Translations under genes and position numbers: made by a program
Source: an uncultured Agathobacter sp.
Lineage (GTDB): Bacteria > Bacillota > Clostridia > Lachnospirales > Lachnospiraceae
NCBI GenBank assembly: GCA_945910395.1
Contig: CAMDYX010000007.1
Location: forward strand, 3,588 to 67,587
DNA length: 64,000 bases
Direction of reading: 5' to 3'
In this document: piece after piece, positions 29,792 to 40,643 of the stretch
Numbering within the stretch: the first letter of the stretch is position 1
Layout: every line of letters begins with the position of its first letter
Notes under the pieces: generated by a model
Databases searched by the model: none
The model's input: the letters and a program-made list of their open reading frames with translations, nothing else
What the model was told of the DNA's origin: nothing

Positions 29792-31792
29792 ATGCAGGAT
29801 AGAGAAAAAAGTCAGTATGAAGCATTAGTGGAGAAAATCAATTATCATATGGATCGTTACTATAATCAAGACGAGCCGGAAATTACGGATTTTGAATATG
29901 ACCAGTTGATGCTTCAATTGAAGGAGATGGAAAAAGTACACCCGGATTGGATATCGCTGGATTCCCCTACACAGAAAATAGGCGGAACAACCAAGCGTGA
30001 GGCCGGGGTCGAGGTTGCGCACAACGTTCCGATGCTTAGTATTCAGGATGTTTTTACCAAGGAGGATGTGGTAAACTGGGTGAACGAGGTGAAAGCGCTT
30101 CATCCGGATGCAAGGTTCTCTGTTGAGAAAAAAATCGATGGACTTAGCATGAGCCTCCGCTATCAGGATGGCAGACTGATTCTGGCAGAGACCCGTGGAA
30201 ACGGGCTTGTGGGGGAGGATGTAACAGCCAATGCCCTTGTGATCCCGGATGTGCAAAAAACAATTGACGTGCCGGGATATGTGGAGCTTAGGGGTGAGGT
30301 GTATATGTCCCATGAGGATTTCGACCGCTTCAATGAAATGCAGGAGAATGCAGGGAAAAAGACCGCTGCAAATCCGAGAAATCTTGCTGCGGGAACCTTA
30401 AGACAGCTGGACTCTTCTGTGGTGAAGGAACGCGGACTGATGATGTTTGTCTTCAATGTCCAGGATGCCAACGGAAACGGCGTTGATCTGATGAAGTCCC
30501 ATGTCAAAGGCCTGGATTATTTAAAAGAGAAGGGAATTGCAATTGTTCCCCATAAGCTCTGTGAAAATGCAGAGAAAATTTTGGCGGAAATCGATGCAAT
30601 CGGAGAATCCAGAGGAGAGCTCCCCTATGATATCGATGGTGCTGTTATAAAAATTGACAACATCGAATACCGGAATGATTTTCCTGCAGGAAGCAAGTAT
30701 TCCGCAGGTCATATTGCATATAAATATCCGCCGGAAGAAAAGGAAGTTGTGATTGATGAAATCGAAGTAAATGTCGGTCGAACCGGGAAAATGACCTTTC
30801 GGGCAATCTTTAAGGAACCGGTTCGTCTCTGCGGTACCAGTGTGCAGAAGGCGACGCTTCACAATGCAGATTTTATCCAGAAATTAGGTGTTTCGGAGGG
30901 CTGTAAAGCAATCTGCAGAAAACAGGGAGAAATCATTCCTGCAATTGTGCGGGTGACGCAGAAAGCCCCAAAAGAGTATGTTGCTCCAACGGTCTGTCCG
31001 GTATGCGGGCAGCATTTGTACAAGGATGAGGACACCTGTGACATCTACTGCTATAATCCATCCTGTCCGGCCCAGCTTAAGAGAACCATATCCTATTTTG
31101 CAGGAAAGGATGCAATGGACATCAAGAATTTCGGTGAAAAATATGTGGAAGGTCTGGTGGAACTGGGATACATTAAAGATGTTTCCGATATTTACCGGCT
31201 TCATGAGTACCGGGATGAGCTGGTAGAACAGGGCATCATGGGAAAAGAAAAGAATACCGATAAGATTCTGGCTGCAATTGAAGCTTCGAAAGAGAATGAT
31301 GCCTACAAGCTTCTGACAGGACTTGCAATTCGAAATGTGGGCAAGGTTTCCGCAAAGGAGATCATGAAGCATTATGAGAGCTTATGGCAGCTTGCAGATG
31401 CCAATCTGGAGGAACTGAAAAATCTGCCGGATGTGGGTGAAATCACGGCAAAGGCCATCAAGGATTTTTATCAGGATGAGAACAACCGGAGAATATTAAA
31501 GGATCTGGAAGCGCTTGGTGTGAACGTCCATGCACAAAAAGCAGAAGGAGCTTCAGATAAGCTTGCAGGACTTACTATTGTTGTGACCGGAACACTTCCT
31601 ACACTTGGCAGAAAAGAAGTGGAAGAGCTGATTTCAAACAACGGAGGAAAATGTACCGGAAGCGTAAGCAAAAAAACCAGCCTTCTCGTGGCGGGAGAGG
31701 CTGCGGGATCAAAGCTTACCAAGGCACAGGAGCTTGGAATAAAAATAATTACCGAAGAAGAATTACTTCAGATGATTGGAGGAGAACAATAA
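29792..31792 (+). CDS. ligA: NAD-dependent DNA ligase
   Basis: KIDG, NPRNLAAGTLRQ, zinc finger, BRCT domain. Confidence 0.96.
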   Translation: MQDREKSQYEALVEKINYHMDRYYNQDEPEITDFEYDQLMLQLKEMEKVHPDWISLDSPTQKIGGTTKREAGVEVAHNVPMLSIQDVFTKEDVVNWVNEVKALHPDARFSVEKKIDGLSMSLRYQDGRLILAETRGNGLVGEDVTANALVIPDVQKTIDVPGYVELRGEVYMSHEDFDRFNEMQENAGKKTAANPRNLAAGTLRQLDSSVVKERGLMMFVFNVQDANGNGVDLMKSHVKGLDYLKEKGIAIVPHKLCENAEKILAEIDAIGESRGELPYDIDGAVIKIDNIEYRNDFPAGSKYSAGHIAYKYPPEEKEVVIDEIEVNVGRTGKMTFRAIFKEPVRLCGTSVQKATLHNADFIQKLGVSEGCKAICRKQGEIIPAIVRVTQKAPKEYVAPTVCPVCGQHLYKDEDTCDIYCYNPSCPAQLKRTISYFAGKDAMDIKNFGEKYVEGLVELGYIKDVSDIYRLHEYRDELVEQGIMGKEKNTDKILAAIEASKENDAYKLLTGLAIRNVGKVSAKEIMKHYESLWQLADANLEELKNLPDVGEITAKAIKDFYQDENNRRILKDLEALGVNVHAQKAEGASDKLAGLTIVVTGTLPTLGRKEVEELISNNGGKCTGSVSKKTSLLVAGEAAGSKLTKAQELGIKIITEEELLQMIGGEQ

Positions 31793-31795
31793 GCT

Positions 31796-32728
31796 ATGCC
31801 AATTAAGACACAGAACGAACTGCCGGCAAAGGAGATATTAGAGCAGGAAAACATATTTGTAATGGATGAGAATCGTGCAATACATCAGGATATCCGTATG
31901 CTGGATATTGCAATATTAAACCTCATGCCACTAAAAGAGGATACCGAGCTTCAGATTCTGCGCTCGCTGTCCAATACCCCCCTACAGGTGAATGTGACTT
32001 TTGTTACCACCACAACCCATGAATCCACCCATACTTCTTTAAGTCATTTGAACAAATTTTATCAGACCTTTGAGGAAGTGAAAAATCGAAATTTCGATGG
32101 CTTTATTATTACAGGGGCACCGGTAGAGCAGATGGAATACGAGGAGGTGGACTACTGGGAGGAAATAACACAAATCATGGAGTGGACCAAGACACATGTT
32201 ACGTCAACCCTTCATTTGTGCTGGGGTGCTCAGGCAGGCTTATATTATCATTATGGTATTCAAAAATATGATCTTCCCAAGAAAATGTTTGGCGTGTACG
32301 GACATCGGGTGATGAACCGGAAGGTGCCGCTTGTAAGGGGCTTTGATGACTATTTCTATGCACCTCATTCCCGCCATACCGAGGTTCGGAAGGAAGATAT
32401 TTTAAAGCATCCGGAGCTTACTATTTTAGCGGAATCCAAAGAGGCAGGGGTCTTTCTTGTGATTGAAAAGGAAGGGCGCCAGATTTTTGTGATGGGACAT
32501 CCTGAGTATGACAGACTTACCCTAGATAAGGAATACAAGAGGGATTTATCCAAGAACCTTCCCATCGAAATTCCGATAAATTACTATCCGAATGACAACA
32601 TCAATGAGAAACCGCTTTTGCAGTGGAGAAGCCACGGCAATATTTTATATGCAAACTGGCTGAATTACTACGTATACCAGCAGACACCATTCGAGTTCAT
32701 TAACACCGATGAAATTTATTCCAAATAA
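31796..32728 (+). CDS. metA: Homoserine O-acyltransferase (MetA family)
   Basis: LNLMP, ITGAPVE, CWGAQA, GHPEY. Confidence 0.95.
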   Translation: MPIKTQNELPAKEILEQENIFVMDENRAIHQDIRMLDIAILNLMPLKEDTELQILRSLSNTPLQVNVTFVTTTTHESTHTSLSHLNKFYQTFEEVKNRNFDGFIITGAPVEQMEYEEVDYWEEITQIMEWTKTHVTSTLHLCWGAQAGLYYHYGIQKYDLPKKMFGVYGHRVMNRKVPLVRGFDDYFYAPHSRHTEVRKEDILKHPELTILAESKEAGVFLVIEKEGRQIFVMGHPEYDRLTLDKEYKRDLSKNLPIEIPINYYPNDNINEKPLLQWRSHGNILYANWLNYYVYQQTPFEFINTDEIYSK

Positions 32729-32749
32729 TATTTACAGTTACTATTTCAC

Positions 32750-32906
32750 ATTTGTGATTTTGAATAAATTTTGCTATTCAAATCAGAACTTTTAAAAAGC
32801 GTCGGCACTTAATGAGCAATTTATTGCGAATTTAGTACCGTTACGCTTTTTACTAAGTGAAAACGTGTTCTGATTTGAATATGCAAATTTATTCATAGGC
32901 ACAAAT
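32750..32906. repeat. Structured palindromic intergenic element, copy A
   Basis: Long nested inverted repeat, homologous to 51618-51788. Confidence 0.8.
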
Positions 32907-33066
32907 TAGAAAAAGATAAATTGTAAAAAAAGGAAAGTAATCTGCAGAATAAAAGAAAAAATCTGGAAATTACAAATTAGTATTTTACAACAAATTGAAT
33001 GTATGGTAGGATGAAGATATAAGTAAAAAGTACTAAAACGTTTTATAATAAAGGGGGCTTATATTT

Positions 33067-34278
33067 ATGGCAAAAGAGATTGTTGCAATGCTTTTGGCCG
33101 GAGGACAGGGGTCCAGACTTTATGCATTGACACAGAAACTCGCAAAACCGGCAGTTCCTTTTGGCGGAAAATATCGTATCATTGATTTCCCGCTTTCCAA
33201 TTGTGTGAATTCCGGAATTGATACGGTTGGTATTTTGACACAGTACCAGCCATTCGTTTTGAATGAGTACATAGGAAACGGACAGCCTTGGGACTTGGAC
33301 CGTCTGTATGGTGGAGTGCATGTTCTGCCACCTTATCAGAAGGCATCCGGATCTGACTGGTATAAAGGAACCGCAAATGCGATATATCAGAATATTTCGT
33401 TTATTGAGAAATATGATCCGAAGTATGTGATTATTCTTTCCGGTGACCAGATCTGTAAACAGGATTACAGTGAGTTCTTGCGTTTCCATAAGGAAAAGGG
33501 AGCAGAATTTTCTGTTGCAGTTATGGAGGTTCCATGGGAGGAGGCATCTCGTTTCGGATTAATGGTAACAGATGAAAATGATAAGATTACGGAATTCCAG
33601 GAAAAACCAAAGAATCCGAAATCAAATCTTGCCTCCATGGGTATTTATATCTTTAATTGGGATATCCTTAAAAAGTACTTAATTGAAGATGAGGCAGACC
33701 CGAATTCAGAAAACGATTTTGGAAATAATATCATTCCGAATCTCCTTCGTGATAACCGCAATATGTACGCCTTCCGTTTTGATGGATACTGGAAGGATGT
33801 AGGAACAATTTCTTCTCTCTGGGAAGCAAATATGGAGGTTCTTGATCCGGAACACAGCGGAATTAACCTGTTTGATGAAAAGTGGAAGGTCTATAGCCGA
33901 AACAGTGGCTTGACAGGACATCGTATCAGCGGTGATGCAGTAGTGGAGGATTCCATGATTACCGATGGTTGTAACATTATGGGAAATGTAAAGCATTCCA
34001 TTTTGTTCTCCGGTGTAACTGTAGAACCGGGGGCTGAGGTGGTAGATTCCGTTGTCATGGGTAAGACTACCATCCGGTCCGGCGCTAAGGTGCGTCATGC
34101 CATTATAGCTGAAAAGGTCGAGATTGGAGAAAATGCAGTTGTTGGAGAATGCCCTGAGGATTCTTCGGATAACAGCAATGTGGCTACCATTGCATCACAT
34201 GTTAAGATCGGCGCAAATGCAGTTATCGGACCGAACGCAATGATTTATGATGATGTGGAAGAAGGAGGGAAACAATAA
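33067..34278 (+). CDS. glgC: Glucose-1-phosphate adenylyltransferase
   Basis: [32 protein letters not shown]. Confidence 0.96.
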   Translation: MAKEIVAMLLAGGQGSRLYALTQKLAKPAVPFGGKYRIIDFPLSNCVNSGIDTVGILTQYQPFVLNEYIGNGQPWDLDRLYGGVHVLPPYQKASGSDWYKGTANAIYQNISFIEKYDPKYVIILSGDQICKQDYSEFLRFHKEKGAEFSVAVMEVPWEEASRFGLMVTDENDKITEFQEKPKNPKSNLASMGIYIFNWDILKKYLIEDEADPNSENDFGNNIIPNLLRDNRNMYAFRFDGYWKDVGTISSLWEANMEVLDPEHSGINLFDEKWKVYSRNSGLTGHRISGDAVVEDSMITDGCNIMGNVKHSILFSGVTVEPGAEVVDSVVMGKTTIRSGAKVRHAIIAEKVEIGENAVVGECPEDSSDNSNVATIASHVKIGANAVIGPNAMIYDDVEEGGKQ

Positions 34279-35423
34279 TGGCAGATTCTAAGAATGAAGC
34301 TTTGGGCATTATTTTCCCAAACAGTTATGATACATTGGTACCTGAGCTTGTTTCTGAGCGAGCAATGGCTTCCATTCCTTTTGCCAGCAGATATCGTCTT
34401 TGTGACTTTATGATTTCCAGTATGGTACACTGCGGCATAAGCAATATTTCACTTTTGGTACGCCAGAATTATCATTCCCTTATGGATCATCTTGGTTCCG
34501 GTCGGGAGTGGGATCTTGCAAGAAAAAAGGGTGGACTCAATATTTTCCCTCCGTATGCTCAGAAGTCGGTAAAGGTTTACAATGGCTGGATCGAGGCGCT
34601 GGAGAGTATCAAAGGATTTCTGGAGACACAGACCGAAAAGTACGTTGTATTAACGGACTCAAACATGGCGATTAATTTCGATTTTACTGCCCTGATTGAG
34701 GATCATATAAAGTCTCAGGCAGATGTTACGGTTGTATATCATAAGAGCGAGATTCCGGATTCCTTCAAAGGGTATAACACGGCAAATCGTGAATTTATCT
34801 ACAATTTCCAGATTGATGAAGAGAATCGTGTTACAAAGGTAAACATCAATTCAAAGGAAAGCGGCATTGTAAATCTGGGACTGAATATTTACGTGTTGGA
34901 GAGAAATCTTCTCATTAATCTGATTGATGAGGCCTATATTCATGGTCATACCTATTTCCTTCGGGATGTTATTTCCCCACAGGTTTCCAGTCTGAAGGTT
35001 CATGCATATAACTATGAAGGTTATGTTGCAAAGATTTTTGATATGAAGGATTACTTCAGAGAGAATATGAAGCTTCTGGAAGAAGAAAATCTGGATGCTC
35101 TTTTCTCCGGAAATCAGATCTATACCAAGATTCGTGACGATAACCCTACCAGATACATCCGCGGAGCAAAGGCTAAGAATGTTCTCGTTGCCGACGGCTG
35201 CGTGATTGAAGGTGAGGTGGAGAACAGTATTCTTTTCCGAGGCGTAAAGATTGGAAAGGGCGCGAAGGTAAAGAACTGTATCCTGATGCAGGACACATCC
35301 GTTGGAGAGGGAGCCGAGGTTTCCTATGTCATCACGGATAAGAATGTAAAGATCACTTCTGGAAAGACACTTTCCGGAAATGATGCATATCAGGTATTTG
35401 TTGCAAAACATCAGACAGTATAA
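34278..35423 (+). CDS. glgD: ADP-glucose pyrophosphorylase GlgD subunit
   Basis: GlgC paralog lacking the GGxGxR motif; SLMDHLGSGREWDL. Confidence 0.93.
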   Translation: MADSKNEALGIIFPNSYDTLVPELVSERAMASIPFASRYRLCDFMISSMVHCGISNISLLVRQNYHSLMDHLGSGREWDLARKKGGLNIFPPYAQKSVKVYNGWIEALESIKGFLETQTEKYVVLTDSNMAINFDFTALIEDHIKSQADVTVVYHKSEIPDSFKGYNTANREFIYNFQIDEENRVTKVNINSKESGIVNLGLNIYVLERNLLINLIDEAYIHGHTYFLRDVISPQVSSLKVHAYNYEGYVAKIFDMKDYFRENMKLLEEENLDALFSGNQIYTKIRDDNPTRYIRGAKAKNVLVADGCVIEGEVENSILFRGVKIGKGAKVKNCILMQDTSVGEGAEVSYVITDKNVKITSGKTLSGNDAYQVFVAKHQTV

Positions 35424-35503
35424 ATAAATTGACGAAAAGGTTTTCAAAGAATAGCAGGTCTGCTATAATCTTTAGGAAAGCAAAACCTAAGGAGGCTAAA
35501 ATC

Positions 35504-35878
35504 ATGGCTGAAAATAGAAAAACAATTCAAATAAAATCAGATGCATTGGGGGATGTTCAGGTATCCGATGATGTAGTGGCAATCATTGCAGGACTCGCTG
35601 CAACAGAGGTTGAGGGTGTCAGCTCAATGGCTGGTAATATTACGAATGAAATCGTAAGCAAGCTTGGAATGAAGAACCTTTCTAAGGGCATTCAGGTTGA
35701 GTTGATTGAAGGCGAAGTAAAGGTAGATGTTGCTATCAATATCGCATTTGGATACAGCATTCCTGAGGTATCTGAAAAGGTACAGGAAAAGGTCAGCACT
35801 ACAGTGGAGAACATGACCGGTCTTAAGGTGGCTGTTGTGAATGTGAAAATTGCCAGTGTAGACACACAGAATCAGTAA
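35504..35878 (+). CDS. Asp23/Gls24 family protein (YqhY-like)
   Basis: VVAIIAGLAATEVEGV and VENMTGL; conserved position upstream of nusB. Confidence 0.9.
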   Translation: MAENRKTIQIKSDALGDVQVSDDVVAIIAGLAATEVEGVSSMAGNITNEIVSKLGMKNLSKGIQVELIEGEVKVDVAINIAFGYSIPEVSEKVQEKVSTTVENMTGLKVAVVNVKIASVDTQNQ

Positions 35879-36004
35879 ATAATGCTTTTGTAAATGAATG
35901 AAATGTAGTATAATTAAGGATGCCTTATGGGCATCCTTAATTTTTATACAAGACTTTCTTAGAAAGCGCCGGTAAAGGCCGTTACTGAATAAAAAGGAGT
36001 ATAG

Positions 36005-36403
36005 ATGATGACAAGAAGAGAATTGAGAGAAAACATTTTTAAAATGTTATTTCGTGTAGAATTTCATGAAGAAGATGAAATGAACGATCAGCTGACCTTG
36101 TTCGAAGAACAGCTTGAGGGGCTGAAGGAAACAGATTTATCATACATAAAGGAAAAAACAAAGGAAATCATCGGGCATCTGAAGGAAATCGATGTCGAGA
36201 TCAATGAAAAATCTACCGGCTGGAAAACCAGCAGAATGGGAAAGGTGGATTTAAGCATTATCCGCCTTGCGGTATATGAAATCCGGTTTGATGAGGAGGT
36301 TCCGGAGAAGGTTGCAATCAATGAGGCTGTTGAGCTTGCAAAAAAGTTCGGAACAGATGAGTCACCGGCATTTATTAATGGAGTATTAGCGAAATTCGTA
36401 TGA
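36005..36403 (+). CDS. nusB: Transcription antitermination factor NusB
   Basis: RRELRE, VAINEAVELAKKFG, FINGVL. Confidence 0.95.
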   Translation: MMTRRELRENIFKMLFRVEFHEEDEMNDQLTLFEEQLEGLKETDLSYIKEKTKEIIGHLKEIDVEINEKSTGWKTSRMGKVDLSIIRLAVYEIRFDEEVPEKVAINEAVELAKKFGTDESPAFINGVLAKFV

Positions 36404-37608
36404 CAAAAAATGTATATTCCGTCGGACAGGTAAATCAATATATCAAAAATATGTTTTCCCAGGATTTTATGCTTCGTTCAATTTGCGTAAAGGGTGAGGT
36501 GTCCAACTGTAAATATCATACCAGTGGGCATGTCTACTTTACGATCAAGGATGAGCAGGGGGCAATGAGCGCGGTGATGTTTTCTGGCAACCGAAGAAGC
36601 GGTCTTAGCTTTCAGATGAAGGAAGGCGACAAGGTGCTGGTGACCGGTTCCATCGAGGTCTATGAAAAGACCGGAACCTATCAGATGTATGCAAAGAGCA
36701 TTGAGTTGGACGGCGCAGGAAACCTGTATCTAAAGTTCGAAGCCCTGAAAAAAGAGCTGGAAGAAATGGGCATGTTTGATGCGGGCTACAAGCAGCCAAT
36801 TCCAAAATACATAAAACGGCTTGGAATCGTAACTGCTTCCACAGGCGCCGCGGTACAGGATATCCGCAATATTGCAACAAGAAGAAATCCCTTTGTGCAG
36901 TTGATTTTATATCCTGCCCTGGTACAGGGAGAGGGCGCCGCCGAGAGCATTGTAAATGGCATACACGCCCTAGAACAGCTCGGTGTGGACACCATTATTG
37001 TAGGCCGGGGAGGAGGCTCCATCGAGGATTTGTGGGCCTTTAATGAGGAAATTGTGGCAAGAGCCATTTTTGAGTGTCGGACACCCATCATATCTGCGGT
37101 GGGACATGAGACGGACTGGACTATTGCTGATTACGTTTCCGATATGAGAGCACCTACACCTTCGGCGGCAGCAGAGCTTGCAGTATATGAATATTCTGCG
37201 GTGGTAGAGCAGTTGGCCTTAAAGAAGGCACGCATGGACCGTATACTGCAGGAAAAGTGCAGGCTGGAAAGAGAACGGCTTTCGCATTTTCAAACAAGGC
37301 TTTTCTTTCTTAGTCCACAAAATCAGTTGAACGAAAAGCGTAAACGCTTAATGGATATGGAAGAAAAACTGCAGGATCGGATGGAATGGATCATCAAGGA
37401 TAAACGGCATCAATTTCTACTTCTTTCTAATTCGTTGGAGGCCAATTCCCCCATGAAAAAGCTAAGCCAGGGCTTTGCCTTCCTTGAAGACAGGAATAAG
37501 AAAACCGTAAAAAGTATTGAGAATGTCCATATAGAGGATGAGCTTACCGTTCATCTGACAGATGGAAAGATCCTTGCAAAGGTTTCGGAGGTTATAAAAC
37601 GTGAGTGA
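36400..37608 (+). CDS. xseA: Exonuclease VII large subunit
   Basis: GEVSN, GHVYFT, RGGGSIEDLWAFN, GHETD, PTPSAAA. Confidence 0.95.
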   Translation: MTKNVYSVGQVNQYIKNMFSQDFMLRSICVKGEVSNCKYHTSGHVYFTIKDEQGAMSAVMFSGNRRSGLSFQMKEGDKVLVTGSIEVYEKTGTYQMYAKSIELDGAGNLYLKFEALKKELEEMGMFDAGYKQPIPKYIKRLGIVTASTGAAVQDIRNIATRRNPFVQLILYPALVQGEGAAESIVNGIHALEQLGVDTIIVGRGGGSIEDLWAFNEEIVARAIFECRTPIISAVGHETDWTIADYVSDMRAPTPSAAAELAVYEYSAVVEQLALKKARMDRILQEKCRLERERLSHFQTRLFFLSPQNQLNEKRKRLMDMEEKLQDRMEWIIKDKRHQFLLLSNSLEANSPMKKLSQGFAFLEDRNKKTVKSIENVHIEDELTVHLTDGKILAKVSEVIKRE

Positions 37609-37810
37609 AGAAAAGATTACGCTGGAAGAGCGTTTTTTAAATATTGAAAACATCTTAGATCAGATGGAAAAGGGGGATATTTCCCTTGATCAATCCTTTG
37701 AACTGTACAAAAAAGGATTGGGAGAGATTAAGGCTGCCAATGAGCTTTTAGATACCGTGGAGAAGGAAATGCTTGTACTTACTGCAAATGGAGATTTGGA
37801 GGAATTCTAA
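37601..37810 (+). CDS. xseB: Exonuclease VII small subunit
   Basis: Size, synteny and the LDQSFELYKKG motif. Confidence 0.9.
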   Translation: MSEEKITLEERFLNIENILDQMEKGDISLDQSFELYKKGLGEIKAANELLDTVEKEMLVLTANGDLEEF

Positions 37811-38748
37811 TGGCAATCGAACAGGAAATTGAAAAGAAGGCCCAGCGGATCAATGAAATGCTGGAGGAGTATCTTCCAAAAGAAGAGGGTTTTCAGAAGA
37901 CGATTTTTGAGGCAATGAATTACAGTATCCGTGTCGGGGGAAAAAGACTTCGCCCCATGCTTATGGAAGCTACTTATCAGATGTTTGGCGGAGAGGGGAA
38001 AATCATCGAACCCTTTATGGCTGCCATCGAGATGATTCATACCTATTCCCTGGTACATGACGACCTGCCAGCCATGGACAACGACATGTACAGAAGAGGA
38101 AAGCTTACCACCCACGCAGTATACGGCGAGGCAATGGGAATTCTTGCAGGAGATGCCCTTTTAAACTATGCTTACGAAACTGCAGGAAAGGCATTTGCCC
38201 TTGCCGCAGAGCAGGCTAAATTGGCGGCAGAGGAAGAGTTAGGATTTGCGGTTTATGATCGTGTCATAAGGGCTTATACCTTGCTGGCAGAATGTGCCGG
38301 AGTCTATGGAATGGTGGGCGGACAGGTGGTTGATGTGGAGTCTGATGGCGAAGATGCACCGGAAATCACAAAGGAAAAGCTGGATTTTATTTACGATAAA
38401 AAAACCGGAGCGCTTTTATGTGCTTCCATGGGAATAGGCGCGATTTTGGGCGGCGCTTCCCAGAAAGAAATTGATATCATTCTTAAGGTTGCGAAAAAGG
38501 TTGGCCTTGCGTTTCAGATACAGGATGATATCTTAGATGTCACCAGCACTCTGGAGGTTCTAGGAAAACCAATCGGAAGTGACACGAAGAACAACAAGGC
38601 AACTTACGTAAGCTTTGAAGGACTAGAAAAGGCAAAAGAGGACGAGAAACGTCTCTCGGAAGAAGCAGTAGCAGAACTGGAGGGTATCGGTAAGGAATGC
38701 ACTTTTTTGAAGGAACTGATACTTTTTCTGATTGACCGCATGAAATAA
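37810..38748 (+). CDS. ispA: Geranyl/farnesyl diphosphate synthase
   Basis: GGKRLRP, HDDLPAMD, FQIQDDILD. Confidence 0.93.
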   Translation: MAIEQEIEKKAQRINEMLEEYLPKEEGFQKTIFEAMNYSIRVGGKRLRPMLMEATYQMFGGEGKIIEPFMAAIEMIHTYSLVHDDLPAMDNDMYRRGKLTTHAVYGEAMGILAGDALLNYAYETAGKAFALAAEQAKLAAEEELGFAVYDRVIRAYTLLAECAGVYGMVGGQVVDVESDGEDAPEITKEKLDFIYDKKTGALLCASMGIGAILGGASQKEIDIILKVAKKVGLAFQIQDDILDVTSTLEVLGKPIGSDTKNNKATYVSFEGLEKAKEDEKRLSEEAVAELEGIGKECTFLKELILFLIDRMK

Positions 38749-38786
38749 ACTAAGAGCACCAATAGGTGTAACCGGAGATTTGTTAC

Positions 38787-40643
38787 ATGGTATTAGATAA
38801 AATAAAGCATGAAAATGATATTAAAAAACTAACACCCAATGAGCTCTTAGAGCTTTCTGATGAAATACGGGATTTTCTGGTAGAGAGTATTTCAAAAACG
38901 GGAGGGCATCTGGCATCAAATCTTGGTGTCATCAAGCTTACCATGGCACTTCATTTGTGCTTTGATCTGCCAAAGGATAAGCTGATCTGGGATGTCGGAC
39001 ACCAGTCCTACACCCATAAGCTTTTGACCGGAAGGCTGGAAGGCTTTGAAAATCTTAGAAAATATGGTGGAATGAGCGGATTTCCGAAGGCGAAGGAGAG
39101 CTCCTGTGATAGCTTTGACACGGGACACAGCTCTACCTCTATCTCAGCGGGACTTGGATATGCCCAGGCGAGAGAACTGATCGGGGAGGACTATTATGTG
39201 GTTTCCATTATCGGAGATGGAGCCCTGACCGGCGGTGAAGCCTTTGAGGCACTCAACAACGCATCCCGGATGAAGAGCAATTTTATTATTGTGTTAAATG
39301 ATAATAATATGTCCATTTCCGAAAATGTGGGAGGTCTGAACCGCTATCTTTCCAATTTTCGAACCGCAGATGCCTATCGGGATTTGAAATTAAATGTCAT
39401 GAATTCCTTAAATCAGATTCCAAAGTATGGCGAAAAGGTAGTCAAGAGTATCCGCAACGCAAAGAGCAGTATCAAGCAGCTTTTCGTACCGGGAATGCTT
39501 TTTGAGGAGATGGGGATTATCTACTTAGGACCGGTAGACGGAAATGATTTAAATGCCCTGAGGAAGGTTCTGGAGGAAGCAAAAAGAGTAGACGGCCCGG
39601 TACTGGTTCATGTTCTTACGAAAAAGGGCTGCGGGTATCCTCCGGCAGAACGTCACCCTGCAAGATTCCACGGAACGGATCCCTTTGAAATCGAAACCGG
39701 TATTCCCAAAAATCCAAGGGTAAAAGCCAATTATACCGATGTGTTTGCAACGGTGATGATGAAAATGGGACAGCGGAATCCCAATGTGGTGGCAATTACG
39801 GCTGCCATGGCAGATGGTACGGGATTAAAACGCTTTAGTAATGTCTACAAAGACCGCTTTTTCGATGTGGGAATCGCAGAGGGGCATGCAGTAACCTTTG
39901 CGGCAGGTCTTGCAAAAGCTGGACTCATCCCGGTGTTTGTGGTGTATTCCTCCTTTTTACAGAGAGGCTATGATCAGATTCTTCATGATGTATGCATCCA
40001 GAAGCTCCATGTGGTTTTTGCCATCGATCGTGCCGGATTGGTTGGAAGCGACGGAGAAACACACCAGGGGATTTTTGATATTTCCTATCTGTCATCGATT
40101 CCGAATATGACGGTTTTAGCTCCGAAGAACAAGTGGGAGCTTTCCGATATGATGAAGTTTGCTGTTGGATTCGAGGGACCGATCGCTGTCCGTTATCCAA
40201 GGGGCGAAGCCTATGACGGACTAAAGGAGCTTCGGGCTCCTATAGAGCTTGGTCAGAGCGAGCTCCTTATAAAGGGTTCAAGGGTTGCTCTTTTTGCACT
40301 GGGAAGTATGGTAAAAACCGCAATGGATGTGGCAGAACAATTAAAAAAAGAAGGAATACATGCAACGGTAGTCAATGCCCGTTTTGCAGTACCCTTTGAT
40401 AGTGAGGCAATAAAGGAGCTTGCGGGGGAGCATGAGCTTCTGGTAACCCTGGAAGAAAATGTGCAAAGCGGTGGAATGGGAGAACATATCGCAATGTTCC
40501 TTGCAACGGAACGAATTGATATGGGAATTCTTTCGATTGCGATTCCGAATCAGTTTGTGGAGCATGGAAATGTTGAACTATTAAAACAGGCTCTGCGTAT
40601 GGATGCAGATTCTGTAACACAGCGTATCATGGAGGTATTATGA
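38787..40643 (+). CDS. dxs: 1-deoxy-D-xylulose-5-phosphate synthase
   Basis: WDVGHQ, GDGALTGG...NDN, IAEGHA, DRAG. Confidence 0.96.
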   Translation: MVLDKIKHENDIKKLTPNELLELSDEIRDFLVESISKTGGHLASNLGVIKLTMALHLCFDLPKDKLIWDVGHQSYTHKLLTGRLEGFENLRKYGGMSGFPKAKESSCDSFDTGHSSTSISAGLGYAQARELIGEDYYVVSIIGDGALTGGEAFEALNNASRMKSNFIIVLNDNNMSISENVGGLNRYLSNFRTADAYRDLKLNVMNSLNQIPKYGEKVVKSIRNAKSSIKQLFVPGMLFEEMGIIYLGPVDGNDLNALRKVLEEAKRVDGPVLVHVLTKKGCGYPPAERHPARFHGTDPFEIETGIPKNPRVKANYTDVFATVMMKMGQRNPNVVAITAAMADGTGLKRFSNVYKDRFFDVGIAEGHAVTFAAGLAKAGLIPVFVVYSSFLQRGYDQILHDVCIQKLHVVFAIDRAGLVGSDGETHQGIFDISYLSSIPNMTVLAPKNKWELSDMMKFAVGFEGPIAVRYPRGEAYDGLKELRAPIELGQSELLIKGSRVALFALGSMVKTAMDVAEQLKKEGIHATVVNARFAVPFDSEAIKELAGEHELLVTLEENVQSGGMGEHIAMFLATERIDMGILSIAIPNQFVEHGNVELLKQALRMDADSVTQRIMEVL

